Assembly (NCBI RefSeq): GCF_028368995.1
Contig: NZ_JAQNDL010000003.1
Location: 320,001-384,000, forward strand
Reading direction: 5' to 3'
Length of the DNA stretch: 64,000 nucleotides
Origin: Nannocystis bainbridge
Lineage (GTDB): Bacteria; Myxococcota_A; Polyangia; Nannocystales; Nannocystaceae
Under the pieces are notes generated by a model. That model made no database searches. It was not told the origin of the DNA and was given only the letters and a program-made list of their open reading frames with translations. Shown one piece after another: positions 9,388-20,174 of this stretch (positions within the stretch are counted from its first letter, which is position 1; each line of letters begins with the position of its first letter). The translations under genes were made by a program, and so were the position numbers.

Positions 9388-9978
9388 TCAATCGTCGAGC
9401 GCGCCGGCGGTGATCCACGCCTCGATCTTGTCGAGGTCCGCGTCGCTCAGCGCGGCCGCGGGCGGCGGCGGCATGGCGGTACCGTTGCCGCCCACCTCGA
9501 CGTGCGTGTTCTTGATCTTGTGCCACAGGTAGCTGTCGTCGGGCTCCCCCGCCGCGACCAGCTGCATCGAGGCGAGCTCGATCGACTGCTGGCCGACGAG
9601 CTCGCCGTACGAGTCGCCGGGGGTGATCACGAACCAACCGGAGGCCGAGCCGCCGGCCACGTGACAGCCCGTGGTGCAGTTGGCGTCCCAGATCGGTTGG
9701 ATGTCGGTCTCGTAGCTGATCGCGACCGGGTTGGTGGTCGCCGTGTCGGTGTCTTCCGTGGTGCTCGTGCCGTCAGTGCCGTCGGTACCATCGGTGCCAT
9801 CGGTGGTGGTCGTCGGCTGGTTGGTGTTGTTGGTGGTCGCGTTGGTGCCGTCGGTGGTGGTGTCGTCGGTGTCCGAATCACCACCCCCGTTGTCGCCGCA
9901 CGCGGCAGCGGCGAAAATCATCACGGCAAACGAGGCCTGGCGGGCGCTCGAAATCCAGGGCATGGAAACACTGCTCAT
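9388..9978 (-). CDS. Lipoprotein paralogous to 8586-9269, with a cytochrome c-like domain
   Basis: AAAC lipobox; T/D/G-rich linker; YETDIQPIWDANCTTGCH...SYLWHKI...MPP...WITAGA. Confidence 0.7.
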   Translation of the reverse strand: MSSVSMPWISSARQASFAVMIFAAAACGDNGGGDSDTDDTTTDGTNATTNNTNQPTTTTDGTDGTDGTDGTSTTEDTDTATTNPVAISYETDIQPIWDANCTTGCHVAGGSASGWFVITPGDSYGELVGQQSIELASMQLVAAGEPDDSYLWHKIKNTHVEVGGNGTAMPPPPAAALSDADLDKIEAWITAGALDD

Positions 9979-10145
9979 AGCGCAACAATCGATACCATTT
10001 CATCACTGGCGTGATCAAGCGTCCAATCGCGGATGGGGCGAGAAAGCCCCAGGGCGCTCCCCGAATCATCTTGCCTTCAAGACAGGCTCTTCGTGACAGG
10101 TGGCTGCGGAGAGCCCGCGAGTGGCCCGTGCTAACCTCGCAGTCC

Positions 10146-11099
10146 GTGAGCCTCCTGCGCGCATTGCCGGCGATCGGGCTCGCGCTCGCGCTCACGGGCT
10201 GCGGGGCGCCGCTCGCATACTCGCGCTTCGTCGCCGAGACGCCGTACAGCACGGCGCCGCTGCCCGCACGCGCCCACGTGTTCCTGATCGCGGGCGGCTC
10301 CGACGTCGCCAACTTCGCTGCCGAGGTCGCTGCACAGCGCGAGCTGCTGCGCACCCGCGGCGTGCAGGCCGACGAGATCGCGTGCTACTGGGCCCAGCCG
10401 ACGCGGGAGGCGTTCCGCCGCGACCGTGCGCAGTACCGTCGCCTCGCGGCCGCGCTCGTCGACTGTTACCCGGCCGCCACGGCGATCGTGCGCGAGCACC
10501 TGGCCCGCGCGGCCGCGAGCGAGCCGCCGTTCCTCTACGTCTACGTCAGCACCCACGGGCTGAGCTCGCTGCTGCCCCCGGATGTCCCGAAGGACCTGCT
10601 CGAAGCGCCAGATGCGGCGATGCTCGACCAGTACGCGCTGCAGCTGGCGGCCGGGCCGGGCCGCGGGTTCCACCCGGCGTTCCTGATGGCGGCCCGCCGC
10701 GCCGGCGCGCCGACCGACGACCTGGTGTTCTCGCCGGGCATGCTGGCCCGCGCGCTGCAGGCGTTGCCCGCTGCGACGCCGAAGGTGGTGGTGCTGCAGG
10801 CCTGCCACGCCGGCGGCTTCGCCCCCGCGCTCGCGCAGGTGCCGGGCCTGGTCGGCCTGGCCGCGGCCCGCCACGACCGCACCAGCTTCGGCTGCGACCC
10901 CGGCCCCGACATGACGATCTTCGGCGCGATCTACATCCGCCTGCTGGAGCGCCGCCTCGGCGAGCCCGCAGCCCTGCCCTCGCTCGACTGGCACGCGCTC
11001 TACAAGCAATTGCAGGCCGAGGTCACCCGCGCCGAGGCCGCCCAGGGCGCGACGCCGTCGCTGCCGGTGCTGCTCGAGAGCGCGGCGCCGGAGCCGTAG
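10146..11099 (+). CDS. Caspase-fold (C13-like) cysteine peptidase lipoprotein
   Basis: LTGC lipobox; YVYVSTHG (His) and VVVLQACHAGGF (Cys) dyad; AARHDRTSFGC. Start codon uncertain. Confidence 0.72.
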   Translation: MSLLRALPAIGLALALTGCGAPLAYSRFVAETPYSTAPLPARAHVFLIAGGSDVANFAAEVAAQRELLRTRGVQADEIACYWAQPTREAFRRDRAQYRRLAAALVDCYPAATAIVREHLARAAASEPPFLYVYVSTHGLSSLLPPDVPKDLLEAPDAAMLDQYALQLAAGPGRGFHPAFLMAARRAGAPTDDLVFSPGMLARALQALPAATPKVVVLQACHAGGFAPALAQVPGLVGLAAARHDRTSFGCDPGPDMTIFGAIYIRLLERRLGEPAALPSLDWHALYKQLQAEVTRAEAAQGATPSLPVLLESAAPEP

Positions 11100-11108
11100 C
11101 GGCGCCGC

Positions 11109-11457
11109 GGACAGGTCCTCGAGGACATGTCCTTCGGGACATCTTCCTTAAAAAAACGGCGCTCGTCATGACAATGCCCGAAGGACATGTGCTTTCGGCC
11201 AGCCATGCGATCCGCCCGCGCGGCCCGCGGTCGCAGCATGGCCCGGAGGACATGCCCGATCGGTCAGCCTCGCGTGCCCCCGACGCTCGCCGCGCTCACG
11301 ACCCCAGCCGATGCGCCGCGAGCCGGCTGGGCGCCCGCGAATCGAGCGCCGCCGCGCGAGCCGGACGGACCTGTCCCGAAGGACATCCTCGCTCGCGCCG
11401 GTCAGCCACGCCGCTGCTATCGGACTGACCTGTCCCGAAGGACACCCTCGCTCGCGG
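11109..11457. repeat. 14-bp-period motif array plus a duplicated GACCTGTCCCGAAGGACA cassette between convergent genes
   Basis: Units at 11109, 11123 and 11137, then an A-tract, then 11183; paired units at 11367/11381 and 11426/11440. Confidence 0.85.
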
Positions 11458-11458
11458 C

Positions 11459-14200
11459 TCAGCCCTGGCCGGCGATCCACGCCGAGATCGCGGCGGCGAG
11501 GGCCGTCTCGCCGCCCGCGGACGCCTCGCCGAGGGCCTGGCGGGCCAGCGCCACCGTCTGCGCCCGGCTCTCCGGGCCGGTCTCGCCGGCGGCGGCGTCG
11601 GCGGCTGCGCGCGCCTTGGCGAGGGCGAAGCGGGCCAGCGCGACCTGGGCCGGCGCGCCGGCGCGGGTCGCCAGGCCGAGCGCGCGGGTGCACGCGCCCT
11701 GGGCCGCGGCGTGCTCGCCGAGGGCCGAGTCGACGGCGCACAGCCACGTCAGCGGCTCGACCAGGCGCGGATGGTCGGGGCCGAGGCTGTACTCCCAGGC
11801 CGCCAGCGCGCGCCGCAGATCGCCGGCCGCGTCGGCCCACCGCTGCTGGGCGGCCGCCGCCAGCCCGCGGCCGACCAGCGCCGGCGCCATGTCCGGGTGG
11901 TCCTGGCCGTAGATCTTGGCGTAGATGGCGAGCGCGTCGTCGTAGCGCTCGCGGGCCGCCGCCGCGTCGCTGCGGGCGCGCGCGAGGTCGCCGGCGACCA
12001 CGTGGACGCGGGCCCGGCCCGGGTGCTCCGGCGGCAGGCGGGCCGTCGCCAGCTCGTGGGCGCGGGCGACGTGGCTGGCGGCCTCGCGGTCGCGACCGCC
12101 GCGCTGACAGGCCGCCCCCAGGTCGAGCAAGATCGGCAGCAGCCGCGGATGATCGACGCCGAGCAGCTCCTCGCCGCGGCGCAGCGCCGCCGCCAGCTCG
12201 ACCCGCGCCGCCTCGGCGTCGCCCTCCTGCAGCAGCGCCCGGCCGTAGCGACCGCGCGCGCTGGCCTCGCGGCGGCCGTCGTCGCCGAGCCGCTGCAGCG
12301 CGGCCGACAGGCGCGGCCACAGGCGACGCGCCTCGCCGCGGCGGCCGAGGTCCTCGCACTCGACGCCGAGCTGCAGGGTCAGGGCGTCGGCCGCGACCTC
12401 GTCGTGGCGGCTCGCCTCCGCCGCCCACAGCGCGTCGGCCAGCCCGCGCGACGCCGCCTCGGCCCGCCCCAGCGCCCGCTCGATCGCCGCCCGCCCGTAC
12501 AGCGCCTCCGCCCGGGCCGGCAGCCACGTCTCCTCGTCGGCCGCCAGCGCGCGCGCGATGTCCCACGCCCGCGGCGCGTCGCCCAGCGCCAGCACCGCCC
12601 CCGCGTGGTCGAGCTCCGCCCGCAGCCGCTCGACCAGCGCGCGCGGCCCGTCCTCCTCCGGCTCCGGCACCGCCGCCGCCAGCCGCCGCGGATCGTCGCA
12701 GTCGCGCGGGGCCGGCAGGCCGTCGAGCGCCGTGCCGGCCCGATCGAGCGCCGGGCCCGAGGCCTCGGACAGCGCCCGCGCCAGCCCGGCGAAGGCGCTG
12801 CGCCGGCGCTCGAGGCAGGCCCGTCGCCGCGGCCCCGCCGCGTCCGCGGCCGCCGGATCTGCCTGCGCGTTGCGACATGTCTCCTGGTACATGTCCCGAA
12901 GTTCTTGCGCGTGGCGATCGATGGCCGCCAGGATCGGACCGGCGAACACCGCCCCGCCGGGTCGCTCGGCCAGGGCGCGGCCGAGCCCGGCCCTGCGCGC
13001 GTCGTCCCAGCCGAGGTCGGGCGCCTCGCACATGCCCGCCGGGACAGGTGACTCCGGGCGGGCCGCGACCACCTCGTGCACGGCGAACGCGGCCCCGGCG
13101 AACGCGACCGCCAGGCCGGCGCCGAGCCAGATCCGGCGGCTCAGCCGGTGCCCCCGCGGCCGCTCGCCGAGGTAGTCGAGCAGCTCGTCCATGCCCTTGA
13201 AGCGGTCGGCGGGGCGGACGCTGAGCCCGCGCAGGACGATGCGGTGCAGCCACGCCGGCACGTCCGTGTCCTTCGGCACCTCTTGCACGCGGCCGGCCAG
13301 CACCGCCTCGCGGACCACCGGCACGCGGTCGCCGACGAACGGGCGCTGGCCGTAGAGGCCCTCGTACAGCGCGACGCAGAAGCTGAACTGATCGGTGCGC
13401 GCGTCGGTGGCCTGGCCCTGATACTGCTCGGGGGCCATGTACGCCGGCGTGCCCGTCATGCCGCCCGTGCGGGTGATCCGCATGTCGAGCAGGCTCTTCT
13501 CGGCCATGCCCTTGATCGCCTCGGTATAGGTGTCGGGGCGGGCCAGCGGGCCGATGCCGCGGCCGGCGCGGGCGAGCCCGAAGTCGCCGACGCGCACGCG
13601 ACCCTCGGCGTCGATCATCACGTTGTCGGGCTTGAAGTCGCGGTGGATGACGCCGGCCTTGTGCGCCGCCGCCAGCCCGCGGCCGGCCTCCATGAACACC
13701 AGCAGCACTTCCTTCCACCCGCGTCGCCGCGGCCCGTGCGGGCCCTCGGCCGAGCGCAACCACTTCGTCAGCGTCACGCCCTTGACGAACTCCATGGCGA
13801 GGAAGATCTGGTCCTCGACCGAGCCGACGTCGAAGATCGCGATCACGTTCGGGTGCGACAGCTGGGCCATCGCCTGCGCCTCGCGCAGCAGCCGGTGGCG
13901 CGCCTTGTCGCGCTTGGTGCGGCTGATCGCGGCGGTCCGCAGCACCTTGAGCGCGACCTTGCGATCGAGGTCGCGGTCATAGGCGACATAGACGACGCCC
14001 ATGCCGCCGGAGCCGAGCCGCTTCAGCACGTTGAAGCGGCCGATCTGGCTCGGCACCGGCTCGAGCTCGGCCGCGCAGTCGTTGGCCGGCTCGCCGTCGA
14101 CCGGCGGCGTCAGCGGCGTGCCCATCTCGGGCGACGGGCTCACGTGCGACAGCACCGGCGTCAGCGGTGTGTCCAGTGTCCGATCGGCGGGAGAAGACAC
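11459..14200 (-). CDS. Ser/Thr kinase with a TM helix and C-terminal TPR repeats
   Basis: LGSGGMGVVY, HRDFKPDN, DFG, GTPAYMAPE; TM segment; kinesin-light-chain-like TPR motifs (GxDHP). Start uncertain. Confidence 0.9.
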   Translation of the reverse strand: MSSPADRTLDTPLTPVLSHVSPSPEMGTPLTPPVDGEPANDCAAELEPVPSQIGRFNVLKRLGSGGMGVVYVAYDRDLDRKVALKVLRTAAISRTKRDKARHRLLREAQAMAQLSHPNVIAIFDVGSVEDQIFLAMEFVKGVTLTKWLRSAEGPHGPRRRGWKEVLLVFMEAGRGLAAAHKAGVIHRDFKPDNVMIDAEGRVRVGDFGLARAGRGIGPLARPDTYTEAIKGMAEKSLLDMRITRTGGMTGTPAYMAPEQYQGQATDARTDQFSFCVALYEGLYGQRPFVGDRVPVVREAVLAGRVQEVPKDTDVPAWLHRIVLRGLSVRPADRFKGMDELLDYLGERPRGHRLSRRIWLGAGLAVAFAGAAFAVHEVVAARPESPVPAGMCEAPDLGWDDARRAGLGRALAERPGGAVFAGPILAAIDRHAQELRDMYQETCRNAQADPAAADAAGPRRRACLERRRSAFAGLARALSEASGPALDRAGTALDGLPAPRDCDDPRRLAAAVPEPEEDGPRALVERLRAELDHAGAVLALGDAPRAWDIARALAADEETWLPARAEALYGRAAIERALGRAEAASRGLADALWAAEASRHDEVAADALTLQLGVECEDLGRRGEARRLWPRLSAALQRLGDDGRREASARGRYGRALLQEGDAEAARVELAAALRRGEELLGVDHPRLLPILLDLGAACQRGGRDREAASHVARAHELATARLPPEHPGRARVHVVAGDLARARSDAAAARERYDDALAIYAKIYGQDHPDMAPALVGRGLAAAAQQRWADAAGDLRRALAAWEYSLGPDHPRLVEPLTWLCAVDSALGEHAAAQGACTRALGLATRAGAPAQVALARFALAKARAAADAAAGETGPESRAQTVALARQALGEASAGGETALAAAISAWIAGQG

Positions 14201-14264
14201 GAGTCTGGGGGCATCGTACCACGGCCCTTGCGGCCGCCTCATCGGTCCAGATAGCCTGGCGGCG

Positions 14265-14831
14265 ATGCCCCGTCGCGCTCGCGTCTTCGCGCTCGCCGCT
14301 CACCTCACCGCCGGGATCGCGGCCTGCGCGGGTAGCCGCGGCGGTCCGGTCCCGCCCAGCCGCGCCGAGGCGCCGGCGCCGTTCGCGGTGGCCCCGGATT
14401 TTCGCCTCCCCGACAGCACCGGGACCCCCCGCGGGCTGGCGGATCTCGCCGGCCCCAACGGCCTGGTCCTGGTCACCTATCGCGGCCACTGGTGACCCTT
14501 CTGTCGCGTGCAGCTCGGGAAGCTGCAGGAGATTTTGCCGGAGCTGCAGGCGCTCGGGGTCGGGATCGCGGCGGTGTCCGCCGACGACCTCGAGGGGGCG
14601 AAGATCATGATCGAGCGGACGCACGTGACGTTCCCGATCCTCAGCGACCCCACGGGCGTGATGCTGAAGTCGTGGTCGCGCTGGGACTTCGGCAACGGCG
14701 TCGGCCTCGCCGGCACCTTCATCCTCGGCCGCGACTTCGCGCCGGTGTTCTTCGAGGACGACGGCGAGCGGTTCTACAAGCGGCCGCGGATCGATCGCGT
14801 GCTCGACGTGGCGCGCACGCTGGCGCCCTGA
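14265..14831 (+). CDS. AhpC/TSA peroxiredoxin-like lipoprotein, probable selenoprotein (UxxC)
   Basis: APDFRLPD...LVTYRGHW-TGA(14493-14495)-PFCRVQL continues in frame into AAVSADD...FPILSDP...GTFILG; lipobox IAAC. Confidence 0.85.
14509..14527 (+). promoter_or_regulatory. Candidate bacterial SECIS hairpin
   Basis: TGCAGCT-CGGGA-AGCTGCA is a perfect 7-bp stem with a G-rich loop, starting 14 nt after the in-frame TGA. Confidence 0.65.
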
Positions 14832-14951
14832 CGTCAATCGCCGCGGACTGCTGACATTCGCGAATAGGGGCTCGCCAGCGACGGGTGCTTCGGACTGCAG
14901 GTCCGATCGCAGTCGCTGCCCGGGCTCGCCGACCCCGTGCATCCTCTTCGA

Positions 14952-16277
14952 ATGAGCAATACCTTGATCAGAATTGCGGGGGCGCTCGCGCTGACCGCCG
15001 CGTGCGGCCCCAAGAGCGGCAACGAGAGCGACAGCACCAGCGAGACCGGCGGCGAGTCGATCACCGAGAGCACCACCGGAAGCGGGACCGCCGACCCGCC
15101 GGAGTCGACCGGCACGCCCGAGCCCACCACCGGCGAGCCCACCACCGGCGAACCGGCCGAATGTCCCGAAGGACAGGATCCCCTCGCGCCGCTGTGGAGC
15201 GCCGAGTTCGCGCCCGAGCCGTCGTCGTTCGGGTTCTACAGCGGCATGGTGCCGATGGGGCGCATGGCGGACGGGCGGATCGTCGTGGCCATGAACTTTC
15301 AGCCGTCCCAGGACCAGAGCGGACTGGCGCTGCTGGTGACCGCGCCGGACGGCGCGCTGCTCGGCCCGCAGACGGCCGCGCTGGGCACCTCGGCGGTCGA
15401 AGTCCACGCCCTGCACGTCGACGCGGACGATCAGCCGCTGGTGCTCGCCGAGCACTTCGACGGGGACGGTTCGGTCCACATGTTGACGCGCTTCGACACC
15501 GACATGGCGCCGCTGTCGCAGGCCCTGCTGCCCTTCCCGTCGCCGCACCCGCTGTTCCGGCCGGTGATGGGCGTGGGCGGCGACGTGCTGGCGATCGCGG
15601 GCCTCGACGAACAGCAGGGCACGCAGCAGATCACCAGGCTCGCGCCCGACACCGGGGCGCCGCTGTGGAAGCACGAGCTCGCCGGGCCCGCCGACCTGTT
15701 CCCGCGCCAGATCGCCGTCGGCCCGCAGGGCGACGTCGCGGTCGCGGCCCACGCCGACTTCAACGCCGACGAGGAGGACACGCTGCGGCTGTGGCGCTTC
15801 GACGCCGACGGCACGCTGCTGTGGGACCGCGTGCTCACCGTCCCGGTCTACGAGGACATCACCGCCCTGCACTTCGCCCCGGACGACCAGCTCGTCGTGC
15901 TGCGCGGCACCGTCGAGTTCTCGACGCGCGTCGAGCTGCTGTCCGTCGAAGTCGCCACCGGCGAGACCCGCTGGGAGCTGACCGTCGCCGAGCCCGAGGG
16001 CGACATGACGGCGTGGGCGCAGGACATGTTGGTCGACAGCGACCGCTTCACGATCCCCGTGTCGCGCAGCAAGTCGCATCACGACATCGCCACCAGCACG
16101 CACTCGCTCGAGCTGCGGACCGTGTCGCTCGCCGGCGAACTGCTGGAAGTCACCCCGCTGCCCGGGGTGCTGATGCCGGATGCGACCTCGTGGGTGCGCA
16201 GCCTCCGGGGCCGCTGCGGCGAGCTGATCGTGCTCGAGAGCTCCTCGAACCTGCGGCTGTTCGCGTTCGCGCCGTGA
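14952..16277 (+). CDS. Lipoprotein with a Thr/Ser/Glu linker and a PQQ-like beta-propeller
   Basis: LTAAC lipobox; repeated DxxTGxxLW / DADGTLLW blade motifs. Confidence 0.7.
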   Translation: MSNTLIRIAGALALTAACGPKSGNESDSTSETGGESITESTTGSGTADPPESTGTPEPTTGEPTTGEPAECPEGQDPLAPLWSAEFAPEPSSFGFYSGMVPMGRMADGRIVVAMNFQPSQDQSGLALLVTAPDGALLGPQTAALGTSAVEVHALHVDADDQPLVLAEHFDGDGSVHMLTRFDTDMAPLSQALLPFPSPHPLFRPVMGVGGDVLAIAGLDEQQGTQQITRLAPDTGAPLWKHELAGPADLFPRQIAVGPQGDVAVAAHADFNADEEDTLRLWRFDADGTLLWDRVLTVPVYEDITALHFAPDDQLVVLRGTVEFSTRVELLSVEVATGETRWELTVAEPEGDMTAWAQDMLVDSDRFTIPVSRSKSHHDIATSTHSLELRTVSLAGELLEVTPLPGVLMPDATSWVRSLRGRCGELIVLESSSNLRLFAFAP

Positions 16278-16319
16278 GCCGCGGCCACGCGCGACGTCCC
16301 GGCGAATGGTGGCAGTCCG

Positions 16320-17915
16320 TCACCCGGGCAGCAGCGGCAGGCGCACCGTGAAGGTCGTGCCCTCGCCGGGCTCGCTCTCGACCCGGATGTCGCCGCCGAG
16401 CAGGTGACACAGCTCGCGGCAGATCGCCAGGCCGAGGCCGGTGCCGCCGAACTTGCGGGCGATCGAGCCGTCGGCCTGCTGGAAGGCGCTGAACAGGCTG
16501 CCGATCTTGTGCGCCGGGATCCCCGGCCCGGTGTCGGACACCACCGCGACCAGGAACTCGACGTCGTCCTCGCGCTCGAACGCGACCCGCAGCTCGATCC
16601 ACCCGCGGCGCGTGAACTTGACCGCGTTGCCGAGCAGGTTGAGCAGGATCTGCTTCAACTTGGTGCGGTCGACCTCGATCGTCCGCTGCTCCTCGCTGCA
16701 GACGATCTGGATGTGGTTGCCGTTCTTGACCGCCGCCGGCAGCACGGTGCTCTGCAGGTCGTCGAGCAGCGGGCCGAGCACGCAGCGCTCGCGCACGACC
16801 TCCATCTTCGACGCCTCGATCTTCGAAAGGTCGAGGATGTTGTTGATGAGCTCGAGCAGGTGGGTCGCGGCGCCGTGGATGCGCCCGAGGTCGCGGTGCA
16901 GCTCGGTCTCGGCCTCGCGCTCCTCGGCCAGCAGCTCGGTGTAGCCGATGATCGCGTTGAGCGGGGTCCGCAGCTCGTGGCTCATGTTGGCGAGGAAGAT
17001 GCTCTTGGTCTGGCTGGCCGCGAGCGCCAGCGTCTCGGCCCTTCGCCGCTCCTGCACCTCGAGCGTGAGCTGCTCGGTGCGCTCCGCCACGCGCACCTCG
17101 AGCTCGTCGCGGGTGCGCCGCAGGTCCTCTTCGATGCGCCGGCGCGCGGTGATGTCGGTGATCGCGACCAGCGAGCCGCGGTGCTCGCCCTGCGGCCCGA
17201 ACAGCGGCTTGGCCGAGACGATGGCCCAGAAGTCGGCCCCGTCCTCGCGGCGGAACCGGAAATCGAACTGGTCCTCGGTGCCCTGGCGCCGCCGCTTGAG
17301 GTTGGAGCGCGCCGCGGCGGCGCTGTCCTCGTCCATGTAATCGAAGATCCGGCGCCCGATCATGGCCTCGGGGGTGGTCGCCAGCATGGCCGCGAGCCGC
17401 GCGTTGACGAAATCGATCGCGCCGTCAGGGTCGTTGACGAGGATGCCGTCGTTGATGGTCTGCAGCAGGGTGTGGAAGTACGAGTCGTCGCGCTTGAGCT
17501 CGACCGTCGAGGCGCTGCGCACGGCGCGGACCAGGCAGAGGAAGCCGACCGGGCGGGCCTGGGCGTCGAGCCACGGGACGATCGTGTGCTCGGTCCAGCG
17601 GACCGGCGCCTGCGGCGGCTGCCAGCGGAACATCGAGGTGCACGGCGAAGCGCCGGCGATCACATCGTCGTAGCGCTCGCGGTCGTCGCCGTGGACCAGC
17701 CCGCGCAGCCCCTCGGGGTCGGCGAACAGCTCCGCCGGCTCGCGCCCCGCCAGCTCGCGCACGGCCCCCGCCAGCTCCTCGATCTGCGGCCGCGGCGCGA
17801 GTCGCACCCGTGCCAGCAGCAGCTCGGCGGCGTCCCACAGCGCAGACGCGTCAGGACCCCCGAAGTCGACGTGCGTGCGCCCGAACTGCCCCGGTAGTCC
17901 CGACCCGGCGGTCAT
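16320..17915 (-). CDS. Cytoplasmic PAS-domain sensor histidine kinase (no receiver domain)
   Basis: PAS/PAC segments; [19 protein letters not shown]-box; [16 protein letters not shown] and GGTGLGL boxes. Confidence 0.92.
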   Translation of the reverse strand: MTAGSGLPGQFGRTHVDFGGPDASALWDAAELLLARVRLAPRPQIEELAGAVRELAGREPAELFADPEGLRGLVHGDDRERYDDVIAGASPCTSMFRWQPPQAPVRWTEHTIVPWLDAQARPVGFLCLVRAVRSASTVELKRDDSYFHTLLQTINDGILVNDPDGAIDFVNARLAAMLATTPEAMIGRRIFDYMDEDSAAAARSNLKRRRQGTEDQFDFRFRREDGADFWAIVSAKPLFGPQGEHRGSLVAITDITARRRIEEDLRRTRDELEVRVAERTEQLTLEVQERRRAETLALAASQTKSIFLANMSHELRTPLNAIIGYTELLAEEREAETELHRDLGRIHGAATHLLELINNILDLSKIEASKMEVVRERCVLGPLLDDLQSTVLPAAVKNGNHIQIVCSEEQRTIEVDRTKLKQILLNLLGNAVKFTRRGWIELRVAFEREDDVEFLVAVVSDTGPGIPAHKIGSLFSAFQQADGSIARKFGGTGLGLAICRELCHLLGGDIRVESEPGEGTTFTVRLPLLPG

Positions 17916-18044
17916 CCGCTGTGATGATAACACCCGACGCGGCGACCGGGACGCGAAGGTCACTGCGTCGCGCGCACCCCGCCATGCCGCTGCAATCGCG
18001 CACGGCTTGCGGTCGAGCGTGCGCCGCGGCGCTGCGCCGCCGGC

Positions 18045-19037
18045 TCAGGGCAGCGCGAGGCCCCGGTCCGGCACCGCCAACCACGACAGCGCCGGCTGCG
18101 GTGGACCCGGATGCACGCCGAGGTAGCGATTGATGGCGAAACTGGTGACGTAGAGCTTCTTCATCGTCAACAATGTCGGCCCGAAGACCAGGCTCGACGG
18201 CGCGTCGAGCAGGCCACCCTCGGCCAGGACGGTGACGTCGCCGTCATCATCGATGCGCACCAGCCGGTCCTGACCGTTGACCGCGACGTAGAGGTCACCG
18301 TCGGCGTCGAACGCGATGCCGTCGGCGCCGGCCAGCGCCTCGTAGTCGTCGACCCAGACCTCGGGCTCGCCGGGCTCGCCGTGACAGTCGACCGGGATGC
18401 GGACGATCGTCCCGAAATCGAGGTTGCCGACGTAGAGGTTGCGCTTCCACCGGTCGAACGCGATGCCGTCGACGCCGAAGCTGTGGAACGGCAAGAACGG
18501 GCTCACCGGGTCGCCCTCGAGCGACGGATCGGCGAGCCACACCTCGGCCTCCCCGTCGTCGTCGATCTTCCAGATCAGGCCGAGGAACGGGTCGGTGACG
18601 TAGAGATCGCCGCGCTCGTCGAAGGCGAGGTCGTTGGGGAAGCCGGACGGATCGAGCGCGGCATACTGGGTGGTGTGGCCGGTGACGGGGTGGATCCGCC
18701 ACACGAACGCGGCCGCAGGCGCGGGGGCGAACGAGCCGCTGCCGGCGTACAGCCAGCCGTCGGCGCCGAACTTGAGCCCGAGCATGAAGGTGCCGGCCGG
18801 CACCGGCGGCGTCGCGAGCGTCGTGAACTGGCCGCCCGGCTTCAGCTTCTTCACCACCGGCCCCATCGACATGTAGAGGTTGCCCGCCCAGTCGGCGGTG
18901 ATCGACTCGGGCAGCTCGCCCTGCGCCGGGTCGAACGCCCGCACCAGCTTCGGCGCGGCCGCCTCCGCCTGACCCGCGCCGCACAGCACCGCCGCACCCA
19001 TCACGATCGCCATCGTGGTTTTCATCGTCATCGTCAT
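18045..19037 (-). CDS. Secreted SMP-30/gluconolactonase-family beta-propeller
   Basis: Signal peptide; LPESI, FPNDLAFD, GVDGIAFD and GADGIAFD blade repeats. Confidence 0.82.
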   Translation of the reverse strand: MTMTMKTTMAIVMGAAVLCGAGQAEAAAPKLVRAFDPAQGELPESITADWAGNLYMSMGPVVKKLKPGGQFTTLATPPVPAGTFMLGLKFGADGWLYAGSGSFAPAPAAAFVWRIHPVTGHTTQYAALDPSGFPNDLAFDERGDLYVTDPFLGLIWKIDDDGEAEVWLADPSLEGDPVSPFLPFHSFGVDGIAFDRWKRNLYVGNLDFGTIVRIPVDCHGEPGEPEVWVDDYEALAGADGIAFDADGDLYVAVNGQDRLVRIDDDGDVTVLAEGGLLDAPSSLVFGPTLLTMKKLYVTSFAINRYLGVHPGPPQPALSWLAVPDRGLALP

Positions 19038-19616
19038 CACCGATCCCCCCACCGCAGACGCTACGGGCCGGGCGCACGCCGCGTCAACGCTCAATCATAA
19101 GACCATGGGAAATTCCATGCATCGGTCGATGCAATGACGTGTAGGCGCCGCCGTCACGTCGCCGCATCAGCACGAGGATGACGCGGCCCGCCGGCGACAC
19201 CGGCGAGCGGCCCATGGTGCCGCGCCGCCCCAACCCGCGGACGGTGACTGCAATCGGCCTTGCACGGCCGCGCTCCCTCTACACAATGCACATTCGGCGA
19301 ATCACGCGTCGTGCTTCGCCCGCGCGCGCACCTCTTTCGCCGACACGAAATCGCGGCGAGCCTCGCGGCGAAGCGCCGCCCTCGCGGCGCGCCGCTCGTC
19401 GCGGCCGCGCACCGGTTCCCGGCGCCGAATCAAGATGTCTCTTCGGACATGTCCCTTCGTCACCCACGGCTCGCCGCCCGGCCGCTCGCGCGGCTGCCCG
19501 AAGGGCCGAGCTCGGTGCCGGCCCGAGCCGCGGGCGCGCGGCCTGGCGGGCTCTCGGCGGCGAGCGGCTGCAGGGTCGTGGACGCGGGCGGCGGCGCGCT
19601 CTAGACTGCCGCGGCT

Positions 19617-20174
19617 ATGGCACGAAGCAAGACCAGCAATTGGGTGAGCCTCGCCCTCGCGGCGACCGTGGGCATCGGCGCGTACGAGCTCGGGCTGTTC
19701 GACTGCGACAGCACCGACGGGGTCGAGCACCTCGCCAATCAGGTGTGGATCGAGCGGCTCCCGCAGAACGACCGCGACCAGATCCACCACCTCGTGCTGC
19801 TCGAGCAAGGCCGCGACCGCTTCGGCGGGTTCGGCAAGAGCTCGCAGTGGCGGCACTTCCTCGAGATCTTCGCGTGGCACCGCGAGCAGGGCCGCCTGAC
19901 CCTCCACCTGCCGCAAGACCGCGTGCGCCTCGACCTCGAGGCCCGTGTGTGGGACTGCGAGGACGAGGCCCCGGCCCCGTTCGAGCTGTGCCTCGAGCTC
20001 AAGGGCCAGAAGCACACGTCGCGCTACTACAGCCGCTACGACTGGGTCATCGAGGGCGACAAGGCGCCCCACATCGAGGGCCTGCCCGAGCTGGTCCCCC
20101 ACGCGGCCCCGACGCTGCCCGAAGGCTTCGAGTTCACGCCCGACGCCGACGCCCAGGCGCTGCTGGCCCACTGA
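19617..20174 (+). CDS. Hypothetical membrane-anchored or exported protein
   Basis: ATG start, N-terminal hydrophobic helix, protein-like composition. Confidence 0.7.
   Translation: MARSKTSNWVSLALAATVGIGAYELGLFDCDSTDGVEHLANQVWIERLPQNDRDQIHHLVLLEQGRDRFGGFGKSSQWRHFLEIFAWHREQGRLTLHLPQDRVRLDLEARVWDCEDEAPAPFELCLELKGQKHTSRYYSRYDWVIEGDKAPHIEGLPELVPHAAPTLPEGFEFTPDADAQALLAH

Noticed and set aside
14001-14831. Pseudogene or two separate small ORFs
   Set aside because: The stop is a TGA exactly at the redox Cys position, the frame is preserved and a SECIS-like hairpin follows, so Sec read-through is more parsimonious.
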